Origin: Solirubrobacterales bacterium
Lineage (GTDB): Bacteria > Actinomycetota > Thermoleophilia > Solirubrobacterales > 70-9
Direction: 5' to 3'
Assembly: GCA_036265555.1 (NCBI GenBank)
Contig: DATAOX010000036.1
Coordinates: forward strand, 1-56,875
Length of the DNA: 56,875 nucleotides
The translations under genes were made by a program, and so were the position numbers. This document shows, in pieces, positions 41,429 through 49,992 of this stretch (position 1 is its first letter; each line of letters opens with the position of its first letter). The notes under the pieces are model-generated. The model saw nothing but the letters and a program-made list of their open reading frames with translations. It did not search any database and was not told the origin of the DNA.

Positions 41429-43464
41429 TGGAGCGCCTCCTCGCCTACCCGCTCGAGGATCTCCCTCACGTTCGGGAGTTCATCGCCGACGTCGGCGCTC
41501 GAGGTGCGGCTCGCCTCCCCTCCCGGCAGGCCGATCGGCGCCGCGATGAGGCCGTCGGGGATGCCGAACGCGTCCACCAGCGCCTCGGCATGGGGGCGGA
41601 TCTCGGCGCACAGGCCGTTGACGGTGCGGGTCAGCATCTTCGCCCGCGTCGATGAGATCCGCCCATGCTCCTGCAGCCAGGCGCGGTCGCGCTCGAGCTC
41701 GCCCAGAGCGTAGAGATCGCAGAGCCGCTCGAGCACGGCCCGCAGGTTCGTGTCCTCGGCCCGCTCGATCGCCTCGGAGAAGCTATCCAGGATCTCGCGG
41801 TGGACGTGCGCCCTCGCTGCCACCAGCACGTGGTCCTGGCAGTCGTTGAAGACCTCGAAGGGATCGGCGCCGTCGCTGCCCATACCGCGCCGCAGGCGCC
41901 GGGCGGCGCCGGAGAGCACATGCTCCTCTCGCCAGCGGAAGAGCCCGAGCTGGTACTCGCGGTCGAGTAGATCCTCGTCGCGCTCGCGGCCGGGAACCAG
42001 GTCGTCGGTCAGGCGCTGGATCAGCTCGCGCCCGGCGCTCCGCTCGACCACGGTCTCCCACGCCTGCGACGCCATGAAGCCGGCGGTCGCCATCGGCCCG
42101 AGCTCCGCGAACTCGTCGCGGTAGCCCGTGAGCAGGCTCTTCGCGACCAACTGCAACAGGATCGTGTTGTCCCCCTCGAACGTGGTGAACACGTCGGTGT
42201 CGGCCTTGAGCTCGCCGAGGCGGTTCTCCGACAGGTAGCCGGCCCCGCCGCAGGCCTCGCGGCAGGTCTGGATCGTCTCGGTCGCATGCCAGGTCGCGAT
42301 GGCCTTCAGCCCCGCTGCGCGGGTCTCGAGCTCGCGGCGGTCGCGCTCGGCCTCCTCCTCCCCCCCGCCCAGCGACCCGAAGATCCGATCGAGCTCCGCG
42401 ACCACGCGCTCCTGCGCGAAGTGAAGCGCGTAGGTGGTCGCGAGCGCCGGAAGCAGACGCCGCTGGTGGACTCGGAAGTCCAGGAGCGGGTACTCCTCCT
42501 CGGAGTCCGGCGGACCGAACTGCCGCCGCCGCGCGCCGTGCCGGATCGCGATCGCGAGCGCGGACTTCGTCGCGCTGATCGACGCTCCGCCCACGCTGAC
42601 TCTCCCCTGGACGAGGGTGCCGAGCATCGTGAAGAAGCGACGGTTCTCGCTCTCGATCGGGCTGCGGTACTCGCCATCGGCGGTCACCTCCGCATAGCGG
42701 TCCAGCAGGGCAGTGCGGGCGACGCGGACCCCGTGGAACGCGAGGCGTCCGTTGTCGACTCCGTTCAGGCCGAGCTTCTCCCCGCAGTCCTCGATCTCCA
42801 CGCCCGCGCAACGTGTGCCGTCCTCATCGCGGATCGGCACGAGCACCGCGTGGACGCCGCGCCCCTCGCCACCCACGATGAGCTGGCAGAACACGACGGC
42901 CATCCGCCCATCGAGCGCGGCGTTGCCGATGTAGTCCTTGCGGGCGGCCTCCGTCGGAGTCTCGACCACGAACTCCCCGGCGTCGCCGTCCCAGGTCGCG
43001 GTCGTCTCGACCCGCTGCACATTCGAGCCGTGGCCTGTCTCGCTCATGGCGAAGCAGCCCGGCAGCTCGAGCGAGGCGATCCGCTGCAGGTAGGCCTCGT
43101 GATGCTTTCTCGTGCCGAGGTGGTGCACGGCGCCGCCGAAGAGGCCGAACTGGACGCCGATCTTGACCAGCAGTGAGAGGTCGCTGTGGGCGAGGGTCTC
43201 GAACGCGGTGATCGCTGCGCCGACGCGCCCGAGCCCACCGAATTCCTCCGGGAAGAGGAGCGACGGCCCGCCCGTCGCCGCCAGGATCCTCGCGCGCTCC
43301 GAGACCTGCTCGCGGTAGCGCTCGGTCGGTGGCGGCGCGGGCGGTTTCTCGAACTCGGGCCGCAAGAGCACCGCCCGCACGTGCTCGCGAACGATCGCGT
43401 ACTCCCCATCGAGAAGGCGGCGCAGCGCGACGGGGTCGACTGACATCTGGCCATCGTCCGGCAC
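41425..43464 (-). CDS. long acyl-CoA dehydrogenase/oxidase family protein (FadE5-like)
   Basis: 679 aa. ACAD N-terminal, middle and C-terminal domains (GCFAMSETGHGSN...) plus a C-terminal extension. Start is GTG 43464 or ATG 43446. Confidence 0.85.
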   Translation of the reverse strand: MPDDGQMSVDPVALRRLLDGEYAIVREHVRAVLLRPEFEKPPAPPPTERYREQVSERARILAATGGPSLLFPEEFGGLGRVGAAITAFETLAHSDLSLLVKIGVQFGLFGGAVHHLGTRKHHEAYLQRIASLELPGCFAMSETGHGSNVQRVETTATWDGDAGEFVVETPTEAARKDYIGNAALDGRMAVVFCQLIVGGEGRGVHAVLVPIRDEDGTRCAGVEIEDCGEKLGLNGVDNGRLAFHGVRVARTALLDRYAEVTADGEYRSPIESENRRFFTMLGTLVQGRVSVGGASISATKSALAIAIRHGARRRQFGPPDSEEEYPLLDFRVHQRRLLPALATTYALHFAQERVVAELDRIFGSLGGGEEEAERDRRELETRAAGLKAIATWHATETIQTCREACGGAGYLSENRLGELKADTDVFTTFEGDNTILLQLVAKSLLTGYRDEFAELGPMATAGFMASQAWETVVERSAGRELIQRLTDDLVPGRERDEDLLDREYQLGLFRWREEHVLSGAARRLRRGMGSDGADPFEVFNDCQDHVLVAARAHVHREILDSFSEAIERAEDTNLRAVLERLCDLYALGELERDRAWLQEHGRISSTRAKMLTRTVNGLCAEIRPHAEALVDAFGIPDGLIAAPIGLPGGEASRTSSADVGDELPNVREILERVGEEALH

Positions 43465-43575
43465 GGCGCGAGAAAACTACCCGCCTGCCGGGCTGCGAAG
43501 CGACACAACCTCGCATGTGTCCCATTCGCGGCACCGGGTACGGGCCAAGTGAGCGTTTCCGGAGGAGGATCAGCG

Positions 43576-44517
43576 ATGGCGGACGTACATCAGCTGGATC
43601 GAGAGCAGCGCGAACCCCGCGTGCGAGCCAAGCACCATGCCGATCGCGCCCGGCGTGAGGCGAACGAGCGGCGCGACCGCGAGTCCGGGGTCCCCGGGTG
43701 GGTGGCCGACCGCGCGGGCGATTGGAGCCTGGACGAGCGCGACTGGACCTTCATCGAGCGCCAGAAGTACTTCTGGAATCCGCTCTTGGACTACTGGTTT
43801 CGAATGGAGGTATCCGGCTGGGATCGCATCCCGGAGCCACCGGCCCTGGTGGTGGGGATCCACTCCGGGGCGCCCTTTCCGTGGGACGCCTGGGCCGTCG
43901 GCATCCAGTGGTGGCGGCACTTCGGCACCGATCGGCCGCTCCACGGCACCGCCCACGACGCGCTCATGGCCTTCCCCGTGATCGGCGCATACTTCCGCAA
44001 GATGGGCGTGCTCCCCGCCGCGCCTGACAGCATCACCACCGCGCTCGCGGCCGAACGCGACGTCGTCCTGTACCCGGGCGGCGAGCGTGATTCCCTCCGC
44101 GAGTGGACGAAGCGGGACGAGGCCCACCTCGCGGGACGCACGGGGTTCGTGAAGCTCGCGATCGATACGGGCGTTCCGATCGTCCCCGTGGCCACGGTTG
44201 GCGGCCCGGACGCGATGCCGGTCCTGGCCAGCGGCCGGCGATTGGCGAAGCTCCTGCGGCTGGACCGCGTGGCGCGGTTGAAGATGTTCCCCGTCGCCCT
44301 CCAGGCCCCATGGGGCATCTCGCCCGCGCTGCTGCCCGAGATCCCGTTCCCGACGAAGATCCGCGCGGCGTTCCAGGAGCCGATCGAGGTGGGACGGGAT
44401 CCGGCCCGCGTCGATGACCGGGAGTATGTCCAGGCGAAGTACGAGGAGGTTCGCCGAAGCATCCAGGGCGGAATGGACGCGCTCGCGCGACGGCGGCGGC
44501 TACCGCTGATGGGCTGA
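43576..44517 (+). CDS. phospholipid/glycerol acyltransferase family protein
   Basis: VGIHSGAPFPWDAW...VVLYPGGERDSLREW...LAGRTGFVKLAIDTGVPIVPVATVG. ATG at 43576 with SD GGAGGAGGA. Confidence 0.7.
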   Translation: MADVHQLDREQREPRVRAKHHADRARREANERRDRESGVPGWVADRAGDWSLDERDWTFIERQKYFWNPLLDYWFRMEVSGWDRIPEPPALVVGIHSGAPFPWDAWAVGIQWWRHFGTDRPLHGTAHDALMAFPVIGAYFRKMGVLPAAPDSITTALAAERDVVLYPGGERDSLREWTKRDEAHLAGRTGFVKLAIDTGVPIVPVATVGGPDAMPVLASGRRLAKLLRLDRVARLKMFPVALQAPWGISPALLPEIPFPTKIRAAFQEPIEVGRDPARVDDREYVQAKYEEVRRSIQGGMDALARRRRLPLMG

Positions 44518-44575
44518 GCGCGGCCGGCGGCATCGCGAGCCGGGCCGGCTGACCTCGTGCGGTACTTTGCCCGCG

Positions 44576-46072
44576 ATGGCCTCCAGCAACGGTCCCCGCG
44601 ATGTCGCCCCGACGGCCCTGCCGCCGCTGGAGCCGCACGTCATCGGCCTCTTCGGCGCCGCGGGCGACCTCGCGAAGCGAAAGCTCCTGCCCGGCCTTCT
44701 CCACCTGACCCAGGCCGGTCTGATCCCGGACTGCCGGATCGTGGGAACCTCCCTCGAGGACCTGGACGATGACGCGTTTCGCGCGCTTGCGCGGGAGGCA
44801 TGCAAGGACTTCGGCCGCAAGATCCACGGCGACGCCGCGCTCGACGACTTCACCTCCAGGCTGAGCTACGTGCCCACCGGCGCGGGGCCGGGGGCGCTCG
44901 CGGACGCCGTGTCGGCGGCGGAACATGAGCTCGGTGGAAAACCCCGGCGCTTGTACCACCTGAGCGTGCCGCCGGATGCCGCGGTCGACGTGATCCATGA
45001 GTTGGGCGAGGCCGGCCTCGCCGACCGCGCCCGCGTGATCATGGAGAAGCCGTTCGGGACGGATCTCGAGAGCGCCGAGGAGCTCAACGGCAAGGTGCAC
45101 GAGGTCTTCGACGAATCCCAGATCTTCCGTATCGACCATTTCCTGGGCAAGGAGGCGGCGCAGAACATCCTCGCGCTGCGGTTCGCAAACGGGCTCTTCG
45201 AGCCGATCTGGAACCGCAATCACATCGACCACGTCCAGATCGATGTGCCGGAGACCCTCGACGTCGGCACGCGCGGCGCCTTCTACGACAAGACGGGCAC
45301 CTACCGCGACATGGTCGTGACGCACCTGCTCCAGATCCTCGCCTTCGTGGCGATGGAGCCTCCGACCGCGCTTGCGCCGACGGCGATCACCGAGGAGAAG
45401 AACAAGGTGTTTCGCACGATGCGCCAAATCGATCCTGATCGCGTGGTGCGCGGCCAGTACGAGGGCTACCGATCCGTACGGGGCGTGGCCGCTGACTCAC
45501 AGACGGAGACCTTCGTGGCACTCGAGTGCCAGATCGACAACTGGCGCTGGTCCGACGTGCCGTTCTTCCTGCGAACGGGCAAGCGCATGGCCGAGGATGC
45601 CCGGATCATCTCGATCGCCTTCCGCGAGCCCCCGCAGAGCATGTTTCCCGCCGGATCGGGCGTTGGCGATTTCGGCCCGGATCACCTGACGTTCGACCTC
45701 GACGAGTCATCACGGCTGTCGCTCTCCTTCTACGGCAAGCGGCCCGGGCCGTTCATGAACCTCGAGAAGGTGAGCATGCAGTTCTCGCTGCACGAGGTCC
45801 ATCGCGAGGCCGACACGCTCGAGGCCTATGAGCGCCTGATCCGCGACGCCATGCTGGGCGATCACACCCTCTTCACGACCGCGGAGGGGATCGAGCGGCT
45901 CTGGGAGATCTCCGACCCCCTCCTCAAGCACCCGCCCGATGTCATCCCCTACGCGCCCAGCTCCTGGGGTCCCGGCCAGATCCGCGACCTGATCGCCCCC
46001 CGCCGCTGGCGGCTCCCGTTCGAGCGCCGCTGGCGCGACCTCGCGCCGGAGCCCACCGCCGAGCGCGCCTGA
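44576..46072 (+). CDS. zwf: glucose-6-phosphate 1-dehydrogenase
   Basis: GLFGAAGDLAKRKLLPGL and RIDHFLGKE. ATG at 44576 is preceded by TACTTT 7 nt upstream. Confidence 0.95.
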   Translation: MASSNGPRDVAPTALPPLEPHVIGLFGAAGDLAKRKLLPGLLHLTQAGLIPDCRIVGTSLEDLDDDAFRALAREACKDFGRKIHGDAALDDFTSRLSYVPTGAGPGALADAVSAAEHELGGKPRRLYHLSVPPDAAVDVIHELGEAGLADRARVIMEKPFGTDLESAEELNGKVHEVFDESQIFRIDHFLGKEAAQNILALRFANGLFEPIWNRNHIDHVQIDVPETLDVGTRGAFYDKTGTYRDMVVTHLLQILAFVAMEPPTALAPTAITEEKNKVFRTMRQIDPDRVVRGQYEGYRSVRGVAADSQTETFVALECQIDNWRWSDVPFFLRTGKRMAEDARIISIAFREPPQSMFPAGSGVGDFGPDHLTFDLDESSRLSLSFYGKRPGPFMNLEKVSMQFSLHEVHREADTLEAYERLIRDAMLGDHTLFTTAEGIERLWEISDPLLKHPPDVIPYAPSSWGPGQIRDLIAPRRWRLPFERRWRDLAPEPTAERA

Positions 46073-46087
46073 GCGGAGAGCGGGAGC

Positions 46088-46780
46088 TCAGCGCGGGCCC
46101 TCGGGCTCGAGTCGACGCAGCGAGCCGGAGGACACCGTGGTCGGATCGGATGCGGTCGGGTTCCGTGCCGGGGCATGCGTCCGGTCGCCCTTTCGCCTCA
46201 CCCTGAACACCTCGACCCATCGGGACGGCGTATACCGGCGGTACTCGGGATCGTGGCTCCAGGACAGGTGCAGGTGGTTACCGCACCCGTGGTCCGCGTC
46301 GCCGTCGTAGCCGACCCATCGGAACGGCGGCAGCGGATCGTTCTGGCGCGGCTCGGCCCACCTCGCCAGTTTGGAGACCGACCGCCAGCGCTTGCTGCAC
46401 TTGCCCGTGTAGTCGTCGTGCAGCGGGACGATGTCCACGGCGAGCCCGATCTTGTGCTCGGAGTGCCGGACATGACATTTGGGGCAGCCAACCTTCTCGC
46501 CGTTGGGCAGCCGCCCGGCGAAGCCCTCCGTCACGTAGATCCGGAAGTGGCGAGCGATCCAGGCGAGGTTCCGCTTGATGCGCTTGTCGATGTATGCGCC
46601 CTCGACGTGCGGAATGCTGTCGGGAATCGGAACGAAGCGGCCCGCCTTGTCGTTGATGTGGGTCCGGCCGGGCGTGTCGCGGAGCGCCGACGCGAGCGGC
46701 GACGCGCACAGGGCAGCGAGCGCCACGACCGCGATTGCGCAGGCGATCCATGCCGGGCGGCGCTCCCTCGTCCCCACCAT
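46088..46780 (-). CDS. secreted LAS-type zinc peptidase (M15/VanY-like)
   Basis: Signal/TM segment (AWIACAIAVVALAALCASPLASA), SEHKIGLAVD (Hx6D) and GNHLHLSW (HxH). Confidence 0.7.
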   Translation of the reverse strand: MVGTRERRPAWIACAIAVVALAALCASPLASALRDTPGRTHINDKAGRFVPIPDSIPHVEGAYIDKRIKRNLAWIARHFRIYVTEGFAGRLPNGEKVGCPKCHVRHSEHKIGLAVDIVPLHDDYTGKCSKRWRSVSKLARWAEPRQNDPLPPFRWVGYDGDADHGCGNHLHLSWSHDPEYRRYTPSRWVEVFRVRRKGDRTHAPARNPTASDPTTVSSGSLRRLEPEGPR

Positions 46781-46832
46781 CTGGGTTGCATGCTAAGGCG
46801 TCGAGGCCCTGCGTGGCGAGCCCCGCTGAGGC

Positions 46833-47171
46833 TCAGGCGGAGCGGCCGCGCTCTTCCTCTTCGACCGTTCGTTCCGCCAGCGGATAGGCCTCGAGCCGCT
46901 CGTCGGGAATCGGCTCCCCGCTATCGACCGAGAGCCCGTACGTCCCATCGGCGAGCCGTGCCTCCGCGCGCTCGAGCGCCGCGAGCTGCTCCTCGTAATC
47001 CTGTGCTCGGCCGGCGTCGAACTCATCCTGGTAGAGGCCCTCATCGTCCTCATCGCCCGGCTCGATCCGGTCATCGGCCTCCTCGGGAGCCTCTCCGCGA
47101 AGATCGGCGATCGCGTTCTCGATCCGCTCTCGCTCGCGTTCAAGGAGCTCTCGGGCGCGACCGGCGTCCAT
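46833..47171 (-). CDS. TraR/DksA-like protein lacking all four zinc-finger cysteines
   Basis: Acidic coiled coil with DEFDAGRAQD, then LADGTYGLSVDSGEPIPDERLEAYPLAERTVEE. This aligns to the GxYGxCxxCGxxIxxxRLxAxPxAxxCxxC pattern with Cys replaced by S, S, T and E. Confidence 0.55.
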   Translation of the reverse strand: MDAGRARELLERERERIENAIADLRGEAPEEADDRIEPGDEDDEGLYQDEFDAGRAQDYEEQLAALERAEARLADGTYGLSVDSGEPIPDERLEAYPLAERTVEEEERGRSA

Positions 47172-47239
47172 GAGGACACCGTACCGCGGCGTGACGCCGG
47201 GTGAACCGAGCCGCGGCCGGATCGGTAGTTCTCAGTGAG

Positions 47240-47416
47240 ATGACCGATCAGCAGGCACGCGAGTTCGTGGAGGCCCTGGCCGTCCCGGAGCACGCCGACC
47301 CGCCGCCCTGCCCCCTCTGCGGACAGGCGCATCCGCTCGAGTCCCAATGCGCGTCAGCGGATCCCGAGGATCACGATCACGTGACCGCTTCCCGCGCCCC
47401 GCGCAAGTCGGTTTAG
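47240..47416 (+). CDS. small CPxCG mini-protein (58 aa), paralog of 1473..1634
   Basis: MTDQQAREFVEALAVPEHADPPPCPLCGQAHPLESQCASADPEDHDH... ATG at 47240 inside track ORF 47201..47416. Confidence 0.55.
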   Translation: MTDQQAREFVEALAVPEHADPPPCPLCGQAHPLESQCASADPEDHDHVTASRAPRKSV

Positions 47417-47426
47417 GATCGGAACC

Positions 47427-47834
47427 ATGCGACGTATCCGACGGGCCGCGCTCCTCGCTTGCGTCGTGCTCGGTTGTCTTGGGCTCGGCGCAGTTGCCCT
47501 CGCCGCGAGGTCAACGCCGACGCAGGTCGTCCTCGACCGCCTCACCCAGACCGGCGAGGGTCCGGAGCTGGAGGGACATTTCGTCGGCCACCTCAGATCC
47601 CCGAGTGAGAAATGCCTCCGCGGGCGCACCGTCAAGCTGTTCCTTCGCAACGGGAACACCGGCCAGGAGAGGCTCGCGGACACCGACACGCCCGGGAGGC
47701 TCGGACACTGGCGCCTCGACGGCAACCTCTTCACGATCGATCGCGCTCGGATCAAGGTGACGAGGAAGAGCGTCGGATCCGGCGAGCACCGACGGATCTG
47801 CGAGCGGGACTCGATCTCGCGGTTCTTCGCCTAA
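47427..47834 (+). CDS. secreted or lipid-anchored hypothetical protein
   Basis: MRRIRRAALLACVVLGCLGLGAVALAA is a signal or lipobox-like sequence (LGC). 135 aa with two further Cys. Confidence 0.6.
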   Translation: MRRIRRAALLACVVLGCLGLGAVALAARSTPTQVVLDRLTQTGEGPELEGHFVGHLRSPSEKCLRGRTVKLFLRNGNTGQERLADTDTPGRLGHWRLDGNLFTIDRARIKVTRKSVGSGEHRRICERDSISRFFA

Positions 47835-47905
47835 GCGCCGCGGGCCCGACGAAGGCGCCTACTGGAATCGAACCGGTGTAAATCGTGGCGACCTGGAGAC
47901 CGAAA

Positions 47906-47953
47906 CAGCCCCGGCGCGGGAGTCTGATCCCACCGATCCCGCAGCCGGGGCTG
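47906..47953. other. strong 16-bp GC-rich hairpin just inside the distal repeat
   Basis: CAGCCCCGGCGCGGGA-N15-TCCCGC-A-GCCGGGGCTG. Confidence 0.6.
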
Positions 47954-48038
47954 TGAACCAATACGAAGTGCCTGTCATCTTCGCACCCTCAACACGCCGG
48001 CCCGGCGCGCGGCGTCGCCATCGACATACCATCCGCCC

Positions 48039-48377
48039 ATGCCCGAGCCGGACTACGTGACCGTTGAGCTCGACCAGGTCGTCGATGCGGCACGCGCCGC
48101 AGGCGATCAGTGGCGCGAGTTCCTGCGCGCGGGGATGTTCAGCGCGGGCGTCTACCGCCTCTCCGCGGGGGAGATCGATCGTCAGATGCCGCACGCCGAG
48201 GACGAGATCTACTACGTGCTCGCGGGGCGTGCCGAGCTCGAAGTCGAGGGGAATCGGCGGACGGTCGAGCCCGGGTCGATCGCCTTCGTGCCCAAGCTTG
48301 CCGAGCACCGTTTCGTCGGCATCGTCGAGGACCTCGAGCTCCTGGTGATCTTTGCGCCGCCCGAGACAGCGCCGTGA
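48039..48377 (+). CDS. cupin domain protein
   Basis: PHAEDEIYYVLAGRAELEVEGNRRTVEPGSIAFVPKLAEHRF is a cupin two-motif pattern. Confidence 0.8.
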   Translation: MPEPDYVTVELDQVVDAARAAGDQWREFLRAGMFSAGVYRLSAGEIDRQMPHAEDEIYYVLAGRAELEVEGNRRTVEPGSIAFVPKLAEHRFVGIVEDLELLVIFAPPETAP

Positions 48378-48477
48378 GCCGTAGCCGGACAAGCGAAGGG
48401 CGCCTCTTTGCGCGAGAAGCAGAAGCGAGCCTGCTCCCCGATGTTCTGCCCCTTGGCCCGTTCGTTACAGTCGGTCT

Positions 48478-48645
48478 ATGACCCGCAAAGAGGCCGAGCA
48501 ACAATGTGCTCGTCTTGCCTCGGAGCATCCAGATCGCGAGACGTATCAATGGCGTCCGCGTCGAGAATCCAACGGGGATTGGTCGATCATCAAGATCGCG
48601 CTACCGCCCCTGGATCTCAAGCGTCAGGCCGAGCTGCGCGGGTAG
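48478..48645 (+). CDS. small hypothetical protein (55 aa), lower GC3
   Basis: Not in the track. MTRKEAEQQCARLASEHPDRETYQWRPRRESNGDWSIIKIALPPLDLKRQAELRG. TACAGT lies 6 nt upstream of the ATG. Confidence 0.35.
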   Translation: MTRKEAEQQCARLASEHPDRETYQWRPRRESNGDWSIIKIALPPLDLKRQAELRG

Positions 48646-48839
48646 GAACCGTCACCCGGCGCCGGTGGATGGCTCGCGCCGATCAGTTGCAAGCGATCTG
48701 CGTGCACTGGCGCGGGTCTCCGTTGTGGCGGGCGATGTTCGCGCCGCCGTCGGTCACGCCGCGCGCAGCCGCGATGCCGAGGTCGGCGTTGTGGTCGGCC
48801 TCGTTGCCGGTCAGGGTCGCGGATGCGCTGGGCACGTCG

Positions 48840-48914
48840 ATCGGCGAGACGACCTCGCTGACGCTCTATCAGACGAAGCGGGAGGCCCTCGAAGCCGCCG
48901 GGCTGCGGGTGTAG
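48840..48914 (+). pseudogene. C-terminal remnant of an NTF2/SnoaL-like gene
   Basis: ...SLTLYQTKREALEAAGLRV matches the family C-terminus. The rest of track ORF 48408..48914 has no family resemblance. Confidence 0.5.
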
Positions 48915-49006
48915 GTCAGGCCGCAAACTCGGACGGCATCGGTCGGCTGCCCAATTAGAGCCCGCGCCGGGACACGTCAACGCGGGCATATCGCTCACTC
49001 AAGCAA

Positions 49007-49077
49007 AGGCGCCTACCGGAATCGAACCGGTGTAAACGGCTTTGCAGGCCGCTGCGTAACCACTCCGCCAAGGCGCC
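49007..49077 (-). tRNA. tRNA-Cys (anticodon GCA)
   Basis: GGCGCCUUGGCGGAGUGGUUACGCAGCGGCCUGCAAAGCCGUUUACACCGGUUCGAUUCCGGUAGGCGCCU. Anticodon loop CUGCAAA and discriminator U73. Confidence 0.9.
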
Positions 49078-49149
49078 GTGCCCGGGCAAGCGTAGCGGTA
49101 GTCATGGGCACCCGAGCGAGGGTTGTGAGCGCGCGCTAGGGTCCCGCGC

Positions 49150-49980
49150 GTGCCCGACGTCGAGCTGAAGCGCGCGGGCGAGATCGCCTATCGCGAGGTC
49201 AGCGGGGAGGCTGGAGGAGCCCGGGAATCCCTCCCCGTCTTGCTCATCCACGGCTATCCCGAGACCTCTTTCATGTGGCGCGGTGTATTCCCCGCCCTCG
49301 CTGATTCCGGCCGGCGCGCGATCGCGCCCGATCTCGCGGGCTACGGGGATTCGCCGCTGTCCGGCGCCGGAACGTGGGAGAGCCATGTCGACGCGCTCGA
49401 GCGGTTTCGCCGTGACCTCGAACTGGAGCGGGTCGTGCTCGTCGTCCACGATTGGGGCGGATTGATCGGCATGCGCTGGGCCTGCGACCGCCCCGGGGTG
49501 GCCGGCGCGCTGGTTGCGAGCGGCACCGGCTTTTTCTCCGACGGCAAGTGGCACGGGCTGGCGGAGGCCCTTCGCACCGAGGGCGCCGGGGAGACCGTCG
49601 TCGATGCGATCGACCGGGACGGCTTCGCCGCGATGCTGCGCCAGACCGGCCGCGGCTTCGACGACGCCGCGATCGAGGAGTACTGGAAGGCGTATGCGAC
49701 CGAGGAGCAACGGCACGCCCATCTGGCCCTCTATCGCTCCGGGGACTTCGGGAAGCTCGCCCCGTATGAGGGGCGTCTCGCGAAGCTGGGCATTCCGACG
49801 CTCATCCTCTGGGGCGAGGGTGACACGTTCGCGCCCGTCAGCGGCGCCCACCGGCTGCACCGCCAGATCCCGGGCTCGAAGCTCGTGCTGGTCGAGGACA
49901 CGGGCCACTTCGTCTTCGACGACGACCCGGCGCGGTGCGCCCGGGAGCTCGTCGGCTTCCTCGACGAGAGCGGGATCTAG
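49150..49980 (+). CDS. alpha/beta hydrolase (epoxide hydrolase / haloalkane dehalogenase-like)
   Basis: VLLIHGYPETSFMW and VVHDWGGLIG (Asp nucleophile elbow). GTG start with TAGGGT 7 nt upstream. Confidence 0.85.
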   Translation: MPDVELKRAGEIAYREVSGEAGGARESLPVLLIHGYPETSFMWRGVFPALADSGRRAIAPDLAGYGDSPLSGAGTWESHVDALERFRRDLELERVVLVVHDWGGLIGMRWACDRPGVAGALVASGTGFFSDGKWHGLAEALRTEGAGETVVDAIDRDGFAAMLRQTGRGFDDAAIEEYWKAYATEEQRHAHLALYRSGDFGKLAPYEGRLAKLGIPTLILWGEGDTFAPVSGAHRLHRQIPGSKLVLVEDTGHFVFDDDPARCARELVGFLDESGI

Positions 49981-49992
49981 GGGGCTGGTCAC

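Larger units (their letters stand above)
47852..49036. mobile_element. remnant of a tRNA-Cys-targeted insertion (~1.1 kb mosaic) bounded by a 31-nt direct repeat
   Basis: AAGGCGCCTAC(T/C)GGAATCGAACCGGTGTAAA occurs at 47852-47882 and at 49006-49036 (the tRNA-Cys 3' half), 30/31 identical. No integrase remains. Confidence 0.65.

Noticed and set aside
47852-47960. A second complete tRNA or a tmRNA 3' domain
   Set aside because: Only the T-arm and acceptor 3' half are present, with a stem-breaking mismatch. The upstream sequence forms one long hairpin rather than D and anticodon arms. There is no matching 5' acceptor strand and no GGGGCUGA-type tmRNA 5' end.
48408-48914. 168-aa ORF as an intact gene
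   Set aside because: Only the last ~25 residues resemble anything (the NTF2-family C-terminus). The 5' part overlaps a better small ORF in another frame and a high-GC3 frame on the opposite strand.
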